Part shown: positions 61,401 to 64,000 of the stretch, in pieces
Position numbering within the stretch: position 1 is the first letter of the stretch
Layout: every line of letters starts with the position of its first letter
NCBI GenBank assembly: GCA_020053795.1
Contig: JAGVMN010000003.1
Location: forward strand, 4,891 to 68,890
DNA length: 64,000 nucleotides
Direction of reading: 5' to 3'
Source of the DNA: Bacteroidia bacterium
GTDB taxonomy: Bacteria; Bacteroidota; Bacteroidia; NS11-12g; UBA9320
Notes under the pieces: generated by a model
Database searches by the model: none
What the model was told of the DNA's origin: nothing
What the model saw: the letters and a program-made list of their open reading frames with translations, nothing else
Position numbers and translations under genes: made by a program

Positions 61401-63240
61401 CAAACAAATCAACCATCATGGAGGCGATATTCATTTCTGACAATAAACCATGAGTGACGGTATTTTCAGAATTGAAGTTATTAACTCTATGAACATTATT
61501 TGTTGCTATTTCAGGATTGTCACCGTCAACAATTCGGCTCTCATAATCAAAACGCGATCCTAAATCACGCCCAGCTTCGCTATCAAAGTCCCTTGTAACA
61601 ATATCCATAATCTGCCCAAAGCCTTCGGCCCAGCCTTCGGACCAGGCCAACTTTTCCTGAAAACTATTAATGTCTAATCTGTGATCTCTAAATGGTAATT
61701 GATAATTGAACCACCTGTGTTGCAAATGCCACATCAGGTAATGTCCGAATTCATGATATGGGGTATTTTCTCCCTCATCATCGCTAAAATCGCGATATAT
61801 ACAGTCCTGATTTGAAAGTACCAAGTCTGAAAAACCGGTAAATTTTACCCAATCTCTCAATACATAAAGCATGACGTTATGATCAATTTTCATCGCGTTT
61901 GCCACATCGCCAGGCAACATAAAAGTTGCATTGACAAAGGGTAGTTGCATTATCTCCAGTTTGGAACCGCTACCACCAAGGTTAAGTCCGGGAACATTAT
62001 TGTTGACAAACTGTAAACACTGATGTGCATAGTGGACCAAATGTAGCTTAGTGTCATCCTTACCCGGATGTATTGCACCCATGTTCTGATTGTTGTCGTT
62101 GCCATTGTTGTAATACCAGGTGAACGGATTTGATCGCCTTGAAGTTCCTCGGATGGTCGCTCCAATTCGGTTTCTAACCCTGACCCTCTCACCGTCGTTT
62201 CTTGCAAATATTTTTACATATACTTCCAAATCACCTCCCTCCGGCTGATTGATACCCTGAAAATTCTGGCATACATTTACACTAATGGAGAACAGTCCTA
62301 AATTATCCGGATCACTGAGGTCGCTATAAGTATAACCGCTACCTAAAAAATCATCGGGATTCTTGCCATAGTCTCTGTCCCAAAGTTCAACATATATGCC
62401 TGTGATGTCCATATCTGTGCTTCCATTGCCATTTGTATTAACCCAAGCCTTGATATTCCCTTTGATTGTTCCCTTATAACGCTGGGTATTACCATTCTTA
62501 CACCCGTCTGTTTTGAAACGTTTGGCACCATTCATTATTTCGTTAGAATCAGGGTCATTAAGCCCTTTCATAGGAATGGTATAAGCCAGTCCGGGGTATG
62601 ATAAATATTGCAATGCAAAGGTATCTGTATTGAATTCTTCTATGGTGACATTGCTTTCGGGCAATGAGTCAGGATCAATATATTCCCTGAGGTTGGTATA
62701 TAACCCTTCCTCAGGACTGTCCCATTCACGTTTTAAATCCAGAAATTCATTGTACCCCCATATTTCAAGTGTGTTATATGGGGTGAAATAGATCATAAAT
62801 TTAGATTGACTTGCTTTTTCGTTGCTGTCATTGATTGCTTCGATCAATAAAGTCCGATATCAAAATGGTAAGTTTTCGCTGTTATAGTAAAACATAAGAC
62901 TATCAACGATACTGTCGCCCGGATAAAAAAGTCCGGTATCTACTAACATTGAAGAACCGCCAGCTCACCAGTCAGAGGCAGCGTAATTCGAATCGCCCTG
63001 TTGCTCATAGTCATAGAAATACAACTGTCGGTTCAGGTTAAGCGAATAATGCCAGGCAGTGGTATCTAAAAACCTGATTTTGAATATCACTTTTGCCGTG
63101 TCATTTGATTCGAGTGGGCGTTCCATACTTTGTATTTCGAGTATCCAATTATCTGATGAATGGGTGTTCTGTGCACTTGCAGATAAAGTACTCAAAAGGC
63201 AAATTAGAACGAATGAGATAAATGAATAAGTGGTTTTCAT
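58435..63240 (-). CDS. Large T9SS cargo with zincin-like domain, interrupted by two in-frame TGA codons (pseudogene or readthrough)
   Basis: Signal peptide at 63240 is in the same frame as the 1470-aa ORF. Only stops are TGA 62965-62967 and TGA 62860-62862. HEFGH...AWSEGWAEG motif, CTD IRPNPV...QKIMIVR. Confidence 0.75.
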
Positions 63241-63252
63241 GATTGAAATAAT

Positions 63253-63906
63253 TTATTGTACAATGTGGTAGTCCACCAGATTCCATATCTGGTTGAAGGC
63301 TGGAAATTCCTTGCGAACAATTCCAATATTTTTAGCCGAATAAATCAAGGTGGGTGTCCAGTTAAATGCAAGATTCATGTTGTCGTTAGCACGGACCACA
63401 TTATTAAATTGCAAATCGCCTGGTCTGTATTTGGAATAAATGGTGTCGAAAATGACAAATTGGCCAACTGGTCCATTGCTAATTGCATAACCCTTTATTG
63501 GTGGTGGGGCAACGAGATAACAAGAAGAGGAGTGTTCTCTATATTTCTCCCTGAAAGTCTGAAGCTTGACCGCATCGTTAGAAGTAATAACTCGTAAAAA
63601 GAACGTATCATTATGGTTTGTCCCAACAATATATGATTTAATTTCTTCCTTGAAGTTGTTTTTTAAACTTAGATGTGGTAATGTTAGCACCTCTTGACTA
63701 TAAACAAATACACTATCCTTTATCTCAGAGTTTTGCTCCTCATAGACCCACCATGTCCCGGGTTTAAAAGCCCCCCAGTCTTTGAGTTCCTGGCTCACGT
63801 GATCGTAATAAGGTTCGGGGTCCTTGCAGTTGTATAAGATGAAAGGCAGCATCATGCCCCAAGCCACCACCCACCAAAAAACCCTTTTTGTTTTTATCAC
63901 TATCAT
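63253..63906 (-). CDS. Hypothetical lipoprotein, co-oriented upstream of the T9SS cargo
   Basis: Lipobox LYN-C after a hydrophobic stretch, FKPGTWWVYE, YSAKNIGIVRKE. Start at MIVIK. Confidence 0.75.
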   Translation of the reverse strand: MIVIKTKRVFWWVVAWGMMLPFILYNCKDPEPYYDHVSQELKDWGAFKPGTWWVYEEQNSEIKDSVFVYSQEVLTLPHLSLKNNFKEEIKSYIVGTNHNDTFFLRVITSNDAVKLQTFREKYREHSSSCYLVAPPPIKGYAISNGPVGQFVIFDTIYSKYRPGDLQFNNVVRANDNMNLAFNWTPTLIYSAKNIGIVRKEFPAFNQIWNLVDYHIVQ

Positions 63907-64000
63907 TCTGAAATAACAGTACAAATCTAAATATAAAAAAGAACATCCGCCATCCGTGTAAACACTGATTTTGCATCCGTGTTTAATACGCTGCTGCATC

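Noticed and set aside
62860-62967. Genome-wide UGA=Trp code or selenocysteine as the explanation for the in-frame UGAs
   Set aside because: TGA ends ordinary genes at their expected termini in this window (ppk2 34335, arsR 42355, arsI 42866 overlapping the arsC ATG, SDR 52276). Hairpins after the two UGAs are weak, differ from each other and do not resemble a bacterial SECIS.
63952-63982. CATCCGTGT direct repeat (two copies) near the window end
   Set aside because: Too short and truncated by the window edge to interpret.

Overview
Chromosomal window from a Bacteroidota genome, shown by recurrent TAnnTTTG -7 promoters, type IX secretion genes (porV, porU, porP-family, gldJ) and T9SS cargo. 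Most of it is housekeeping: gatB end, phoP/phoR-like pair, ahcY, icd, ppk2, hemW, dnaX, rpsF-rpsR-rplI, ppiD-like, ftsH, kbl, folA, asnS, rpoN. Accessory patches lie between these genes. No rRNA, tRNA or CRISPR array was recognised. The notable observations are: (1) dnaX is split at an A10 run, so the long tau subunit needs a -1 shift. (2) A (AAAACTC)9 repeat in a signal-peptide coding region leaves a 14-Cys secreted protein out of frame, a candidate phase switch. (3) A 1601-codon T9SS metalloprotease-like gene is interrupted only by two in-frame UGA codons near its 5' end. (4) A REP-associated tyrosine transposase is flanked by two diverged but frame-preserving copies of the 3' end of a beta-CASP RNase gene. 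(5) An FNR-type regulator with an exact FNR box sits beside a FixL-like PAS kinase. (6) An orphan LytTR regulator lacks its phospho-Asp and lies next to 21-bp-phased boxes. (7) A 207-bp inverted-repeat element lies upstream of folA, and AsnRS carries a long helical insertion. All family assignments come from motif recognition by eye; no database searches were run.
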